64,000 bases of DNA from Alphaproteobacteria bacterium (GCA_965227515.1 CBDDFZ010000002.1:928001-992000); one strand, 5' to 3'; shown: positions 19,322-28,650, counted from the stretch's first letter. Notes: generated from the sequence alone by a model not told the origin. Numbers and translations are program-made.

Positions 19322-20125
19322 ATGATTTGTTTTGATACACCGGTCGAAGAATATTCGGTAGATGGGCGTGTTGTTTGGGTGAAAAGGGACGATTTGTTTC
19401 TTTCTGCTCCAGCTCCTGGTCTGGGAAAACTTCGAGGGCTGGTCAAGGCTATGGATCGCCTAAGAAAAGATTGCCAGTTCCATGTTGGTTGTTTTGAAGC
19501 AAGTAAATCGAAAGTTGGCCATGCAGTTGCTGCGGTGTGTAGTATTTACGAGGGTTTTGAGTGTACGGTTGTTTATCCTCAGTTTGGGCGTAGCCCAATT
19601 GGCGAAAGTGTTAGTCGCGCGAAGACGTTAGGCGCTGCAGTGGCGGCAGTTCGCGGCAATCACGTTCCAATTAATCATTTTCAGGCAAAACGTATAGTGG
19701 AGGCCCGAGGTGGTTGGATGATTCCATTTGGTTTTGAGTTTCCAGAGTCAATAGAGGCGGTAGCTCTAGAAGCAGCTAGTTTGGGTGATCATCTGGTAAT
19801 GGACGGAACGGTTGTAGTTCCGAGCGGGTCTGGGGTCACACTGGCGGGGGTGTCGCTGGGACTGGCGCAGCGTCCGCGGCGAATTATAGGTGTGTCGGTT
19901 GGCCGATCAGTAGCGGGAATTATGAAGTGTTTGGACAGGTGGGGAGTTAATGATCTTTCTCGTATCGATATCATCGGGCCGGAAAAAAGATACAGTGAGC
20001 CGGCAGAAGGTCGTGTTCCTTTTCCATGTGATCCGTATTACGATCAGAAAGCCTGGAATTACCTTAGAGTATGCATCAATGAGTTTGATCGAGGTCCCGT
20101 GTTATTTTGGAACGTTGGAAGTTAG
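19322..20125 (+). CDS. short PLP-dependent fold-type II enzyme (ACC deaminase/D-cysteine desulfhydrase-like)
   Basis: VWVKRDD, GKLRG (putative Schiff-base Lys), PSGSGVTLAG phosphate loop, DPYYDQKAW, FWNVG. Confidence 0.8.
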   Translation: MICFDTPVEEYSVDGRVVWVKRDDLFLSAPAPGLGKLRGLVKAMDRLRKDCQFHVGCFEASKSKVGHAVAAVCSIYEGFECTVVYPQFGRSPIGESVSRAKTLGAAVAAVRGNHVPINHFQAKRIVEARGGWMIPFGFEFPESIEAVALEAASLGDHLVMDGTVVVPSGSGVTLAGVSLGLAQRPRRIIGVSVGRSVAGIMKCLDRWGVNDLSRIDIIGPEKRYSEPAEGRVPFPCDPYYDQKAWNYLRVCINEFDRGPVLFWNVGS

Positions 20126-20139
20126 CGCTCATGGCATAT

Positions 20140-20231
20140 GTAAATCGGATGGAGCGGTAGCGAAATCCGGGAATATACTTTCAACGGTTAGTCCACTTGC
20201 GCAGGATTGAACTTCGTTCCATCCGGGCTGC
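20140..20231. repeat. degenerate GTAG-type REP doublet
   Basis: gtaaatcggatggagcggtagcgaaatccggg ... ggattgaacttcgttccatccgggctgc. Confidence 0.65.
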
Positions 20232-20241
20232 AAGGGCTGGG

Positions 20242-20551
20242 CTAACCGACCGGCTTCACCTCGGCGGACAACGTGATACCCAACGCCCGCATCACGCCGA
20301 GCAGTGTGGGGAGGCGTGGGTCGCCGTCTTCGCTAAGAGACTTGTACAGCGCCTCGCGAGTCACGCCGGCCTGTCGCGCGATTTCGTAGTTGCACTGGGG
20401 GTCATGCCGCGGGCGCGGGCGCGGGCGATCACGCCGAGTACTTGGGCGACTAAGCCGCTTTGCCGCTGGCCAGTGCGTCGCGTAACAACTCCGCCTGTGA
20501 TTCTGGCGTGGTCATATTTCGCGCAGCATCGAATGCTTCGGTCTTGACCAT
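20242..20551 (-). pseudogene. addiction-module antitoxin (HTH, HigA/TIGR02684-like) pseudogene
   Basis: MVKTEAFDAA...LLRDALASG, in-frame TAG at 20450-20452, LGVIARARARGMT, frameshift, then EIARQAGVTREALYKSLSEDGDPRLPTLLGVMRALG. Confidence 0.8.
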
Positions 20552-20577
20552 ATTGGTTGTCCTATCACGGTGAAATC

Positions 20578-20897
20578 CCCTCGCCCAGTCGGGAAGCCGC
20601 AGGCGTACCGGCGCGGGAGAGGGAGGGGTCGCGAGCCGCAGGTTCGTGGGAGGGTGAGGGCCGGCGCGGGAAGCTGGCATGTGTTCTGAGTTCGGGCAAG
20701 GGGGTGTGGTTGTATGCCGGCGTGGTCGTTCGGCAACCGATTTGGTGCAGACCCTCACCCTCCCAGCCTTTGGCTGGGCCCCTCCCTCTGCCGAAATGGG
20801 AGAGGGGGAAGATGCGCTGGCACGTTTCGCGTTCTGAATTGCCCTCACCCTCCCAGCCTTCGGCTGGGCCCCTCCCTCTCCCGAAATGGGAGAGGGG
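20578..20897. repeat. CCCTCACCC / CCCTCTCCC-GAAAT-GGGAGAGGG REP-like cluster
   Basis: Near-identical 56-bp units at 20752-20807 and 20842-20897; inverted relative at 20578-20660; further copies at 41007-41175 and 51164-51378. Confidence 0.8.
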
Positions 20898-20917
20898 ATG
20901 GCGTCCGCGTTCGTCCC

Positions 20918-21994
20918 CTAAAACACCAACCGCCGGTTTGTGCGCGGGATCATCCGCACCATGTCGGCGGAGGGGTGGGACAGGCGCGGCGGGCTGTCGA
21001 TCTTCTGCGGTTGGCCGGTTTCCGCCGCCGCTTCGATCGCGCGCAGCACGCGTACGTCGGCCAGGCCCTCGGCCCCGTCGGGCTCGGGCTGGGTGCCGCT
21101 CTTGATGCAGTCGGAGAAATAGGCGGTCTGCGCGCCGAAATGGTCGATGTCGGCGAACGTCTCCTCGCGGATGATCTTGTCGTTCTGGCGCAGGATCATG
21201 TGCGTCGGCGTCTCGAACCGCAGCCCCGGGCGCATCTCGATCTCACCCTCGGTGCCCATGATGCGATAGGTGTCGATGCCGGCGGCATCGAAGCTGACGG
21301 TGAACTTGGCGATGCTGTCGTCGGGGAAGCGCAGCACGGCGGTCATGTTCTGCTCCACCTCGGCGAAGCGCGGGTCGTTGCCGTGCACCTTCATGGCGCG
21401 GGCCTCCACCGGCTCGGCCCCGAACAGGTGGCGGCAGGCGTTGACGCAATAGACGCCCAGATCCTGGAACGGGCCGCCCCAGTGCTCGGCCAGCAGGCGG
21501 TGGTTGCCGGCCGGCGCCACGAACGAGAAGTCCGAGCTGAAATAGCGCGGCGTGCCGATGGCGCCCTCGCGCACCAGGCGGATCGCCTCCACCGTGCCGG
21601 GCTCGCAGTGCAGGCGGTAGGCGGTCATCAGCAGCGCGCCGCCTTCCTCGCCCGCCGCGATCATCGCCTCGCACTCTGCCTCGTTGATCGCCAGAGGCTT
21701 CTCGACCATGGCGTGGATGCCCCGCTTCAGCGCGCGGATCGAATAGTCGGCATGCATCGAGTTGGGCAGCGCCACATAGACCGCGTCGAACGTGCCGGCG
21801 GCCAGCGCCGCGTCGTACTCGTCGTACGCGTAGATGTGCTCGATGCCATAGAACTCGGCGAGCTTGGCGGCGTTGTCCGGACTGCCGGAGACGATGGCCG
21901 TCATCACGGAGTTGTCGGTCTGGGGGACCGCCGGCATGAACGCCTCCTGCGAGATCCAGCCCGCGCCGACAATTGCGTATCTCACCTTATCCAT
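20918..21994 (-). CDS. Gfo/Idh/MocA family oxidoreductase
   Basis: YAIVGAGWIS, DAVYVALPNSMH, VEKPLA, GGPFQDLGVYC. Confidence 0.92.
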   Translation of the reverse strand: MDKVRYAIVGAGWISQEAFMPAVPQTDNSVMTAIVSGSPDNAAKLAEFYGIEHIYAYDEYDAALAAGTFDAVYVALPNSMHADYSIRALKRGIHAMVEKPLAINEAECEAMIAAGEEGGALLMTAYRLHCEPGTVEAIRLVREGAIGTPRYFSSDFSFVAPAGNHRLLAEHWGGPFQDLGVYCVNACRHLFGAEPVEARAMKVHGNDPRFAEVEQNMTAVLRFPDDSIAKFTVSFDAAGIDTYRIMGTEGEIEMRPGLRFETPTHMILRQNDKIIREETFADIDHFGAQTAYFSDCIKSGTQPEPDGAEGLADVRVLRAIEAAAETGQPQKIDSPPRLSHPSADMVRMIPRTNRRLVF

Positions 21995-22072
21995 CTTCCC
22001 CTCCCATTTAGGCCCATGACTGTGGGCGTTTCGCTTGGTGTGATCGAGTGTTTGTGTGTTCGCGCCTTTACC

Positions 22073-23047
22073 CTAGTCCGGCGCGGCGTCGCTCGCCGGG
22101 ATGATCGAGCTTCCCGGCATGGCCGTGCTCTGCGCGGGCGGTGCCGGCATGGCTTGCATGCGCGCGTCCTGGTTGGCGTTGATGCGGCGGATCAGGACCA
22201 CCAGCGGTAGCACACCGCCGATGGCGAAAATGGCGGCGATCAGGTCCAGCCACGAGCCGGTCAACATTCGCGACAGGAAGGACGAGATGTCGCGCTGCTG
22301 CAAGGCGAACTCGCCGGTGCGATAGAAGCCGGCGGCGATGCCGCCCCCGATGGAACTGGCCAGCCAGAAGAACCACCACCAGCCGACGACGGTGGCGGGC
22401 TGCATCTGCCAGCGCTCGGGCTGGCCCGCGCTGGCGCGATAGACCTCGGCCGTCAACTGATACGGGCGGAAGAAGCTCATGATGGGCACGAACCACCAGC
22501 CGACCGCCCAGCCCGGCCCCCACCGCGCATTGTCGACGCCCAGTGCCGGCAGATTGGCGCGGGCCCGCGACAGCCAGCACATCATCGCCGCGCCGGTCGC
22601 GATGGTCAGCAACAGGGTGAGGCTGCTCGCCCAGACGACGAACATGTCGCTGGCGTCGGCGTCGGCGAAGTCGACGTCCTCCCCGGCTTGCACCGCGGCC
22701 AGGATGGCGATCTGCCCGTACAGAGCGACGATGAGAACGGCCTTCGCCACCGCCGTCAGCACCAGCAGCCCGACCGTCAGCGCGCCCGGCCCGGTCGGCG
22801 AGCGAAAAGTCTTGGTGGCGTGGTTGGTGATATTGCGGCTGGCCGCGACGATGACGACGATCAGAAGGACGATGCCGGCAATCGCCACCACCGCCAGCAG
22901 CGTGGTCGCCTGTTGCTGCAGGTCCGCGTCGGACTGCGCCAGGGCTGGCTGGCACCACAGCAGCGCGGCCGCAAGCCACACCAGCCACGCCGGACCGCGC
23001 CAACCAGGGCGGTGGCGGTTGGCCCGCCTACTCGGCAAGCAGGGCAT
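22073..23047 (-). CDS. DUF4328-like membrane protein (start uncertain)
   Basis: WLSRARAN, GWAVGWWFVPIMSFFRPY, WWWFFW. Confidence 0.7.
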   Translation of the reverse strand: MPCLPSRRANRHRPGWRGPAWLVWLAAALLWCQPALAQSDADLQQQATTLLAVVAIAGIVLLIVVIVAASRNITNHATKTFRSPTGPGALTVGLLVLTAVAKAVLIVALYGQIAILAAVQAGEDVDFADADASDMFVVWASSLTLLLTIATGAAMMCWLSRARANLPALGVDNARWGPGWAVGWWFVPIMSFFRPYQLTAEVYRASAGQPERWQMQPATVVGWWWFFWLASSIGGGIAAGFYRTGEFALQQRDISSFLSRMLTGSWLDLIAAIFAIGGVLPLVVLIRRINANQDARMQAMPAPPAQSTAMPGSSIIPASDAAPD

Positions 23048-23684
23048 CGACCACCCCTTGGGTCAGGATGCCGACCTGCGGCGCCGGGCCGCCGGTCTCC
23101 GCGGCGATGAAGCGCGAAATCCCGCGGCGGACGTCGTTGTCGATCACGCCGTCGATCGGCCCGTCATAGAGCCGGCGGTCGGCCAGCGCCTGTTGCACTG
23201 CCATCGCCTCGTCGGCCTCCATCGCGCGTTCCAGCACGACATAGGCCGCCCCGTTCGCCGCCATGGAGATCATCACCCGCGCATCCACTTGCACGAACTC
23301 GACGAACGGCTCCTCATGGCAGGTCACGCTCACCGGCACGAAGTTGGCGGCGTCGCCGCCGACGGGCAGCATCAGGTCCGCCAGGCTGGGCTCCTCGGCG
23401 ATGATGTCGGGGCCGGCGCCCTCGTCCCAGTACCAGAGGTCGCAGGTGCGCCCGTCATGCCATTCGAAGGTCTGGCCGATGAAGACGGAGCGGCCGAGCG
23501 GGGTTTCGCGCACCGCGGCGTTCTGGGCATCCGGCGTGGCGGCGACCATGCTGGCGATCCGGTGGTCGACGACGACGAAGCGCTCGGGGTTGTCACCGTC
23601 CAATGGCGCGCCGGCCCAGGCCGGCAGCACGGCAGCGGCCGCGATCAGCATGGCCAGCGGGGCCACGCGCAGTTGTTTGAACAT
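23028..23684 (-). CDS. secreted protein with C-terminal peptidoglycan-binding domain
   Basis: Signal peptide; VQQALADRRLYDGPIDGVID..VRRGISRF. Confidence 0.75.
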   Translation of the reverse strand: MFKQLRVAPLAMLIAAAAVLPAWAGAPLDGDNPERFVVVDHRIASMVAATPDAQNAAVRETPLGRSVFIGQTFEWHDGRTCDLWYWDEGAGPDIIAEEPSLADLMLPVGGDAANFVPVSVTCHEEPFVEFVQVDARVMISMAANGAAYVVLERAMEADEAMAVQQALADRRLYDGPIDGVIDNDVRRGISRFIAAETGGPAPQVGILTQGVVDALLAE

Positions 23685-23835
23685 CGTTCGCCCCCCGGCG
23701 TTGCATGGAGATCGAGAAGGAAGGATCACCATACGCCATCGCAGGACGATTCGCAGCGAACGGGGCATGGCCGCGGCAATTTCGTGATTTCGACCACGAT
23801 CTCGCCAGCAGCCATGCTCGTTTTGTCAGTTTCTC

Positions 23836-24174
23836 CTACCGCTCCTCGGTGTCCAGCGAGCGGATGTAGGCGATGATGTCGTCGACCCGGTCGCTGTGCA
23901 GCACCGGACCCAATTGCGGCATGCCGATGTGCGGCGAGTAGATGCGATTGCGGATGCCGCGGTCGGTGCGATAGAGCGCGATGGACGCGAAGCTCGGCGG
24001 CTCCTGCTTGAAGTAGAGCTCGGGCCCGACGACGTGGCACTCGGCACACATCTGCTCGGCCAGCGCCATGCCGGCTTCCGGGTCGCCGTCCTGCGCGGTC
24101 GCAACCGCGCCGGTGGCGCACACGCCCGTCACCGCCAAGCCGGCGGCGACCATTGCATTTTTCACTCGTGTCAT
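23836..24174 (-). CDS. small periplasmic c-type cytochrome
   Basis: Signal peptide, GDPEAG, CAECH, H..MP, DIIAYIRSL. Confidence 0.88.
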   Translation of the reverse strand: MTRVKNAMVAAGLAVTGVCATGAVATAQDGDPEAGMALAEQMCAECHVVGPELYFKQEPPSFASIALYRTDRGIRNRIYSPHIGMPQLGPVLHSDRVDDIIAYIRSLDTEER

Positions 24175-24316
24175 CGAACCCTCCTTCGACTTGGCGCCCC
24201 GATCTGGGCGCCGGCGCCGGAAGGGCTCCGGGGAACTCTCCCGGTACCATTAACGTGGCGTGATGGCGCGCGGCGCACAAGTCGTTTGGCGGCACACCAA
24301 TTGTCGCGGGACGGCC

Positions 24317-27049
24317 CTATTCCCAGACGGAGAACCGGTCGGCGCGCCGCACGAACGCGGCCGAGAATGCGCGCAGCCGGGCCTTCAGCAGAATGCGCCG
24401 GCCATCCTCGGTGCGGGTGCTGACCAGGCCGACCGGCCCGACATTGCGCAGCCAGGCGCGCTCGAACATCTCCGCCGTCTTGCGGGTGCGGCCGAGCAGG
24501 GCCGGCACCGGGTGGTAGTCGACCCGCAGCAGGCGGGCGATGCGGGATTCCCGGGCGATGATGTAGCGCGGGGCCTCGATGGGGCCCAGCAACTCCTGGG
24601 TGCTGTCCAGGATCAGGCGGTTGTCAGTCGGGGTGCCGCCGTGCACCGAGCAATAGACCGCGCCGTCGCGCATCTTGGCGGCGTGATAGTCCAGGTCGTC
24701 CGGCGTCGTGCGCAGGTGACCGGCGGCGAACAGCGCCTCCGCCACCGTGCGCGTGACCTGTTGCAGGCTCTTCTCCAGCGACCCGGTCCGCAGGGTCAGC
24801 CGCACGATCTTGTAGATCTGGCTGCCGAACAACAGCCCGGTGGCGGCGAACACGACGATGGCGAACCAGGGCACGGCCTCCAGCGCGCTCTCAGGGTCGA
24901 AGTCGGTCAGGAAACCGGTCGCGAACTCCAGGATGCCCAGCATGCCGGCACCGACCGCGACGACCATGGACCGGATCGTCCGCTCCACATAGAAGCCGCG
25001 CGGCGCATACCGCGAGGCGATCCGCTCGCGCAGGGCGGGCCGGGCGTCGCGGGTGGCCATGGCCGACTGCCAGGCGCGCGCGGTGTCGTCACGGTCGGCG
25101 GCACGCCGCAGCATCGCTCGGTTGGTCTCGACGATACCGGCGGCAGACCATTTCGCGCCGCTGAGGCTCAGGCGCCCGAAGCCGTTCTCGATGATGAAGG
25201 GCTCGTCGGCCGTTGGCCCGACGAAGGCGCGGAACCGGCGCCTGAGCGCCTCCATCTCCACGCCCAGGTCGCCGCTGACCCGGTCGAACGGGTCGACGCC
25301 ATCCTCGTCGGGCGTGGTGATGCCCAGGGCGCGATGAAACTGCGCCTGCAGCGTGTCGCCGAACACGGTCGCCAGGTGCCAGATGCTGGCAACCTTGCCG
25401 GGGGCGGCCGGGTCGGTGCGGATGGCGCGCCCGCGCATCTGGTTGCTCAGCATGAAGCTGCGCACGCTGCTGGCCAGCACCAGCACATTCAGCGCCGGTG
25501 CGTCCCAGCCCTCGCCAAGCAGCGCGGTGGTGCCGACGATGAGGTTGATCCCGCCCGCCGCGAACACGGCCGTCACCAGCCTGACGACCTTGCCGCGATG
25601 GGCGGGCGCCAGATTGACCTCCAGATAGGCAGTGTCGCGCGGCAGCGGCGCTAGGCCGAGATCGCTTTCGTTGATGTCGAGCCGCAGTGCCTCGGCGCAC
25701 AGCGCGTCGCGGCAGGATGCGGGGACGATGACGGCCGAGCCGGTTAGCACACCGAGCTTGCAGTCGGTTTCCACCTGCAGGCGCAGGTGCTCGAAGATCG
25801 GGATGACGCCGAGCTTGACAGGACGTGTGGCGCTGGGCGGCGGGGCGTTGGCGCGCACATAGTCGGCCAGCACCACCATGCGCAGGTCCGGCCCACGGCT
25901 CTGGGCCTCGGCGCGCAGGATCTCGCCGATGCCGTCGAGCTTGTTGCCGCCCCGTTTCAGGGCCTCGCGATGCATGCGGGTGTCGGAGAAGGTGACCTTG
26001 TGGCGGCCGAGCGCATGCATGCGCCGCAGGTCGGACCGAATCGGCGCGAGGATGTCCTTGTCGATCTCGACGACCTTGCGGAACAGCAGGCCGTCCATCA
26101 GTGCCGCCAGCCAGTCCGGGTCGATGGTGGGCACGGCCTCGGTGCCGACGCCCAGGATGTCGATCAGCCGCTCGGATGGCGGGTAGCCGGCCCAGTTCAG
26201 GAACACGATGATGGCCGAGAACGTGCGCGGCTCGGCCAGTATCTGCTCGACCGATGCTTCCGGGTCCTCGAACCAGGGCTGCCGCCGCAGTGCATCCACC
26301 AGAGCGTCGTTGGACTTCAGGCGCTGGGCGAATGCCAGCGTCGCCGCGTTGAATTCGTCGACCTCAGCGCTTTCCGCGCTGCGCAGGGTGGAGAAATAGA
26401 CGTAGTCCTGGTGCGGGCACAGGTCGCCGCGCTTCACCAGCTCCGGCACCGAAATCTCGCTGTCGATGGACCCGCACAGGCTGGTGTAGCGCTGCCATTC
26501 GGCACGGTCGACGTCGTAGGGCGGCGTCGCGGTCAGGGCGACGATGTGCGGATCGTCCAGCCCGTCCTTGAGCGCGAACAGGGCCCGCCACCAGGCGCGG
26601 CGCAGATGATGCGCCTCGTCCAGCACCAGGGTGCGGATGCCGTGCGCGCGCAGGTGGGCGATCACGTCCCGGTCCGGCCCGGTGCCGGTCTCACCCTCTT
26701 CGGACGCTTCGTTGGCGAAGGCGGCGTAGAGTGCCTGATAGGTGACGCAGGTCAGTGCGCCGGGCGCCCAGATGTCGGTGGAGACCCAGGTCAGCGGGTC
26801 GTGGCCCTGTGGCAGGAACAGCTCCTCCAGCCGCTGGATCCACTGGTTGCGGATTGCGATGGTCGGCGCCACCACCAGGGTCGGCAGCCCGATGCGGCGC
26901 AGCACCTCCAGCCCCAGCACGGTCTTGCCCGACCCAGGTGCCGCGACCACGTGCAGCGTGCGGTCGTCCAGGTGGGTTTCCAGCTCCGCCAGCACGCGCG
27001 CCTGGTATTCGCGCCACGTAAGCTGAAACTGCATCTGGTTGAGGGACAT
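24317..27049 (-). CDS. SF2 DExH-box helicase (ResIII-like) with C-terminal TM segments
   Basis: WREYQ, AAPGSGKT, LDEAHH, ALTATP, GEGWDAP, NQMRGRAIR; two hydrophobic helices near the C-terminus. Confidence 0.88.
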   Translation of the reverse strand: MSLNQMQFQLTWREYQARVLAELETHLDDRTLHVVAAPGSGKTVLGLEVLRRIGLPTLVVAPTIAIRNQWIQRLEELFLPQGHDPLTWVSTDIWAPGALTCVTYQALYAAFANEASEEGETGTGPDRDVIAHLRAHGIRTLVLDEAHHLRRAWWRALFALKDGLDDPHIVALTATPPYDVDRAEWQRYTSLCGSIDSEISVPELVKRGDLCPHQDYVYFSTLRSAESAEVDEFNAATLAFAQRLKSNDALVDALRRQPWFEDPEASVEQILAEPRTFSAIIVFLNWAGYPPSERLIDILGVGTEAVPTIDPDWLAALMDGLLFRKVVEIDKDILAPIRSDLRRMHALGRHKVTFSDTRMHREALKRGGNKLDGIGEILRAEAQSRGPDLRMVVLADYVRANAPPPSATRPVKLGVIPIFEHLRLQVETDCKLGVLTGSAVIVPASCRDALCAEALRLDINESDLGLAPLPRDTAYLEVNLAPAHRGKVVRLVTAVFAAGGINLIVGTTALLGEGWDAPALNVLVLASSVRSFMLSNQMRGRAIRTDPAAPGKVASIWHLATVFGDTLQAQFHRALGITTPDEDGVDPFDRVSGDLGVEMEALRRRFRAFVGPTADEPFIIENGFGRLSLSGAKWSAAGIVETNRAMLRRAADRDDTARAWQSAMATRDARPALRERIASRYAPRGFYVERTIRSMVVAVGAGMLGILEFATGFLTDFDPESALEAVPWFAIVVFAATGLLFGSQIYKIVRLTLRTGSLEKSLQQVTRTVAEALFAAGHLRTTPDDLDYHAAKMRDGAVYCSVHGGTPTDNRLILDSTQELLGPIEAPRYIIARESRIARLLRVDYHPVPALLGRTRKTAEMFERAWLRNVGPVGLVSTRTEDGRRILLKARLRAFSAAFVRRADRFSVWE

Positions 27050-27156
27050 GTGCCGTCTCGGCGAATCGGGGACGTCGATGCGCGCGGATCAGGTTGCCAC
27101 ACGAACCGTGTGCGGCGCCCCGGCGCGCATCTGCACATGATGGCAGTACGACTTTG

Positions 27157-28077
27157 TCAGAACATGAAAAAGCGGGCGATGGAGCGGTGCGGCTGCGCCC
27201 CGGCGACCGATTTCACGGCCTGCCACAACCGGGCCAGCCCCCGCCACGCCAGCGGCGACAGCAGGATGATGGCGACCCACCACGCCGGGCGAAGCTGCGG
27301 GCCGAGGTCCAGGTTCGCCGCCAGAATGCGGTTCGCCGGCAGCCCGGTCTGGGTGGCGTACCACAAATACTCGATGCCCGCGGTGGCCAGCCCGGCGACG
27401 ACAGCGACGACGACGATGCTGGTCGCGATGCCGCCCGGCAGCCGCATCAACGGCCGCACCCGGTGCAGCATCAGGCCGGCGAACAGCCCGGTCATCAGCA
27501 CCGGCTGGGTGACGTCGCTCTTCGATTGCAGGAAGAAGTGCAGCAGCCCCAGGACGGCGAGCGGATACACCGCCAGGTGCAGCCGCTTCCAGTTACGGCC
27601 CATGCGCCGGATCGCGCCGTCGAAGGACGTGGCCGCCTGGGCGCCGAAGCCGAGCAGGGCGACGAAGCCGATGGTCAGGTAGAAGCGGTTGACGATTTCG
27701 CTGACCACCAGCCCCAAATCGAGCGCCTGGTCGACCGCATAGAACACCAGATGGGCAAAGGCGTAGCAGAACACGGTGATGCCGAGCATGCGCCGGACCA
27801 CCGCCAGCTTCGGCCAGCCGACCAGCCGCTTCAGCGGTGTCAGCGTCAGCGTCGCCAGCAGGAAATAGATCGTCCATTCGCCGCTGAGGTGGATCGCCTG
27901 CTCCACCGGCTCGGCCAGCGGCCCGGTGGTCGCCAGCATGACCGCGATCCAGACCCCGGGACCGAGGACGCCCGCGAAGGCTACAAGGCGCAGCCAGTCG
28001 AACCGGCCGCGGCGATCACTCCACGGCAGGTGATGGCGCCAAGCCGGGGCGTTGGCCGTCTGTGTCGTGGTGCCGAT
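27157..28077 (-). CDS. msrQ: MsrQ-like heme b membrane subunit (start codon uncertain)
   Basis: TLTLTPL, RRMLGI..FCYA..H, RFYLTIG, ATS...IRRMG.NWKRLH..VY...LLHF. Confidence 0.8.
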   Translation of the reverse strand: MGTTTQTANAPAWRHHLPWSDRRGRFDWLRLVAFAGVLGPGVWIAVMLATTGPLAEPVEQAIHLSGEWTIYFLLATLTLTPLKRLVGWPKLAVVRRMLGITVFCYAFAHLVFYAVDQALDLGLVVSEIVNRFYLTIGFVALLGFGAQAATSFDGAIRRMGRNWKRLHLAVYPLAVLGLLHFFLQSKSDVTQPVLMTGLFAGLMLHRVRPLMRLPGGIATSIVVVAVVAGLATAGIEYLWYATQTGLPANRILAANLDLGPQLRPAWWVAIILLSPLAWRGLARLWQAVKSVAGAQPHRSIARFFMF

Positions 28078-28230
28078 GGGGTGCGCCTTTCCGCAGCGGT
28101 GCCCGGAGGAGCGGGCATGAGGGGGAGTATATGCGGATTGGCCGCGCCGATTGCAGCGGCACGCGCATTCACCGCGCTTCACGATCGGGTATGATCCGGT
28201 GATCGAGGGATAAACCCCGGGGGCGACAGT

Positions 28231-28650
28231 ATGGATTGGGCAGGCGGCTGCCTGTGCGGGGCGATACGGTACCGCGCCGGCGCGGCGCCGGAATGGGCGA
28301 GCTACTGCCACTGCGGCATGTGCCGCAAGGCGTCGGGGGCGCCTTTCATGGGCTTCGTGCAGTTCCCGGAGGGCGCGCTGGCATGGACCGGGGCGGAGGC
28401 GGCGCGCTACCGGTCGTCGGAAACCGTCTTTCGCCGCTTCTGCGCCACCTGCGGCAGCCAGCTCACTTTCGAGGCCGACGGCATGGTGTTCGTGGCCCTG
28501 GGCAGCCTGGACGCGCCGGAACACGTGGAGGTGCAGCAGCACTGCTACACCAGGTTCCGGCTGCCGGGGATTGTGCTGGCCGATGGCTTGCCGCAGTTTC
28601 CGGGACCGTTCGGCGGCAAGGGCGGCCTGCCGATCGAGGAGGAAATCTGA
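28231..28650 (+). CDS. GFA/CENP-V family protein
   Basis: GGCLCGAIRY, CHCGMCRKASG, RRFCATCGSQL. Confidence 0.92.
   Translation: MDWAGGCLCGAIRYRAGAAPEWASYCHCGMCRKASGAPFMGFVQFPEGALAWTGAEAARYRSSETVFRRFCATCGSQLTFEADGMVFVALGSLDAPEHVEVQQHCYTRFRLPGIVLADGLPQFPGPFGGKGGLPIEEEI

Larger units (their letters stand above)
16908..20130. other. AT-rich horizontally acquired three-gene cassette
   Basis: Abrupt drop in GC right after the sdhA stop, AT-rich codon usage, three co-oriented closely packed genes; no integrase seen. Confidence 0.85.

Noticed and set aside
16908-20600. Prophage or integrative element
   Set aside because: No integrase, phage structural genes or flanking direct repeats seen.
20752-20897. 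Direct repeats with a spacer resembling a mini CRISPR
   Set aside because: Only two 56-bp units, matching a dispersed REP-like family; no cas genes.
18268-27049. Methyltransferase plus ResIII-like helicase as a type III RM system
   Set aside because: 5 kb apart, on opposite strands, with very different base composition and no nuclease motif seen.
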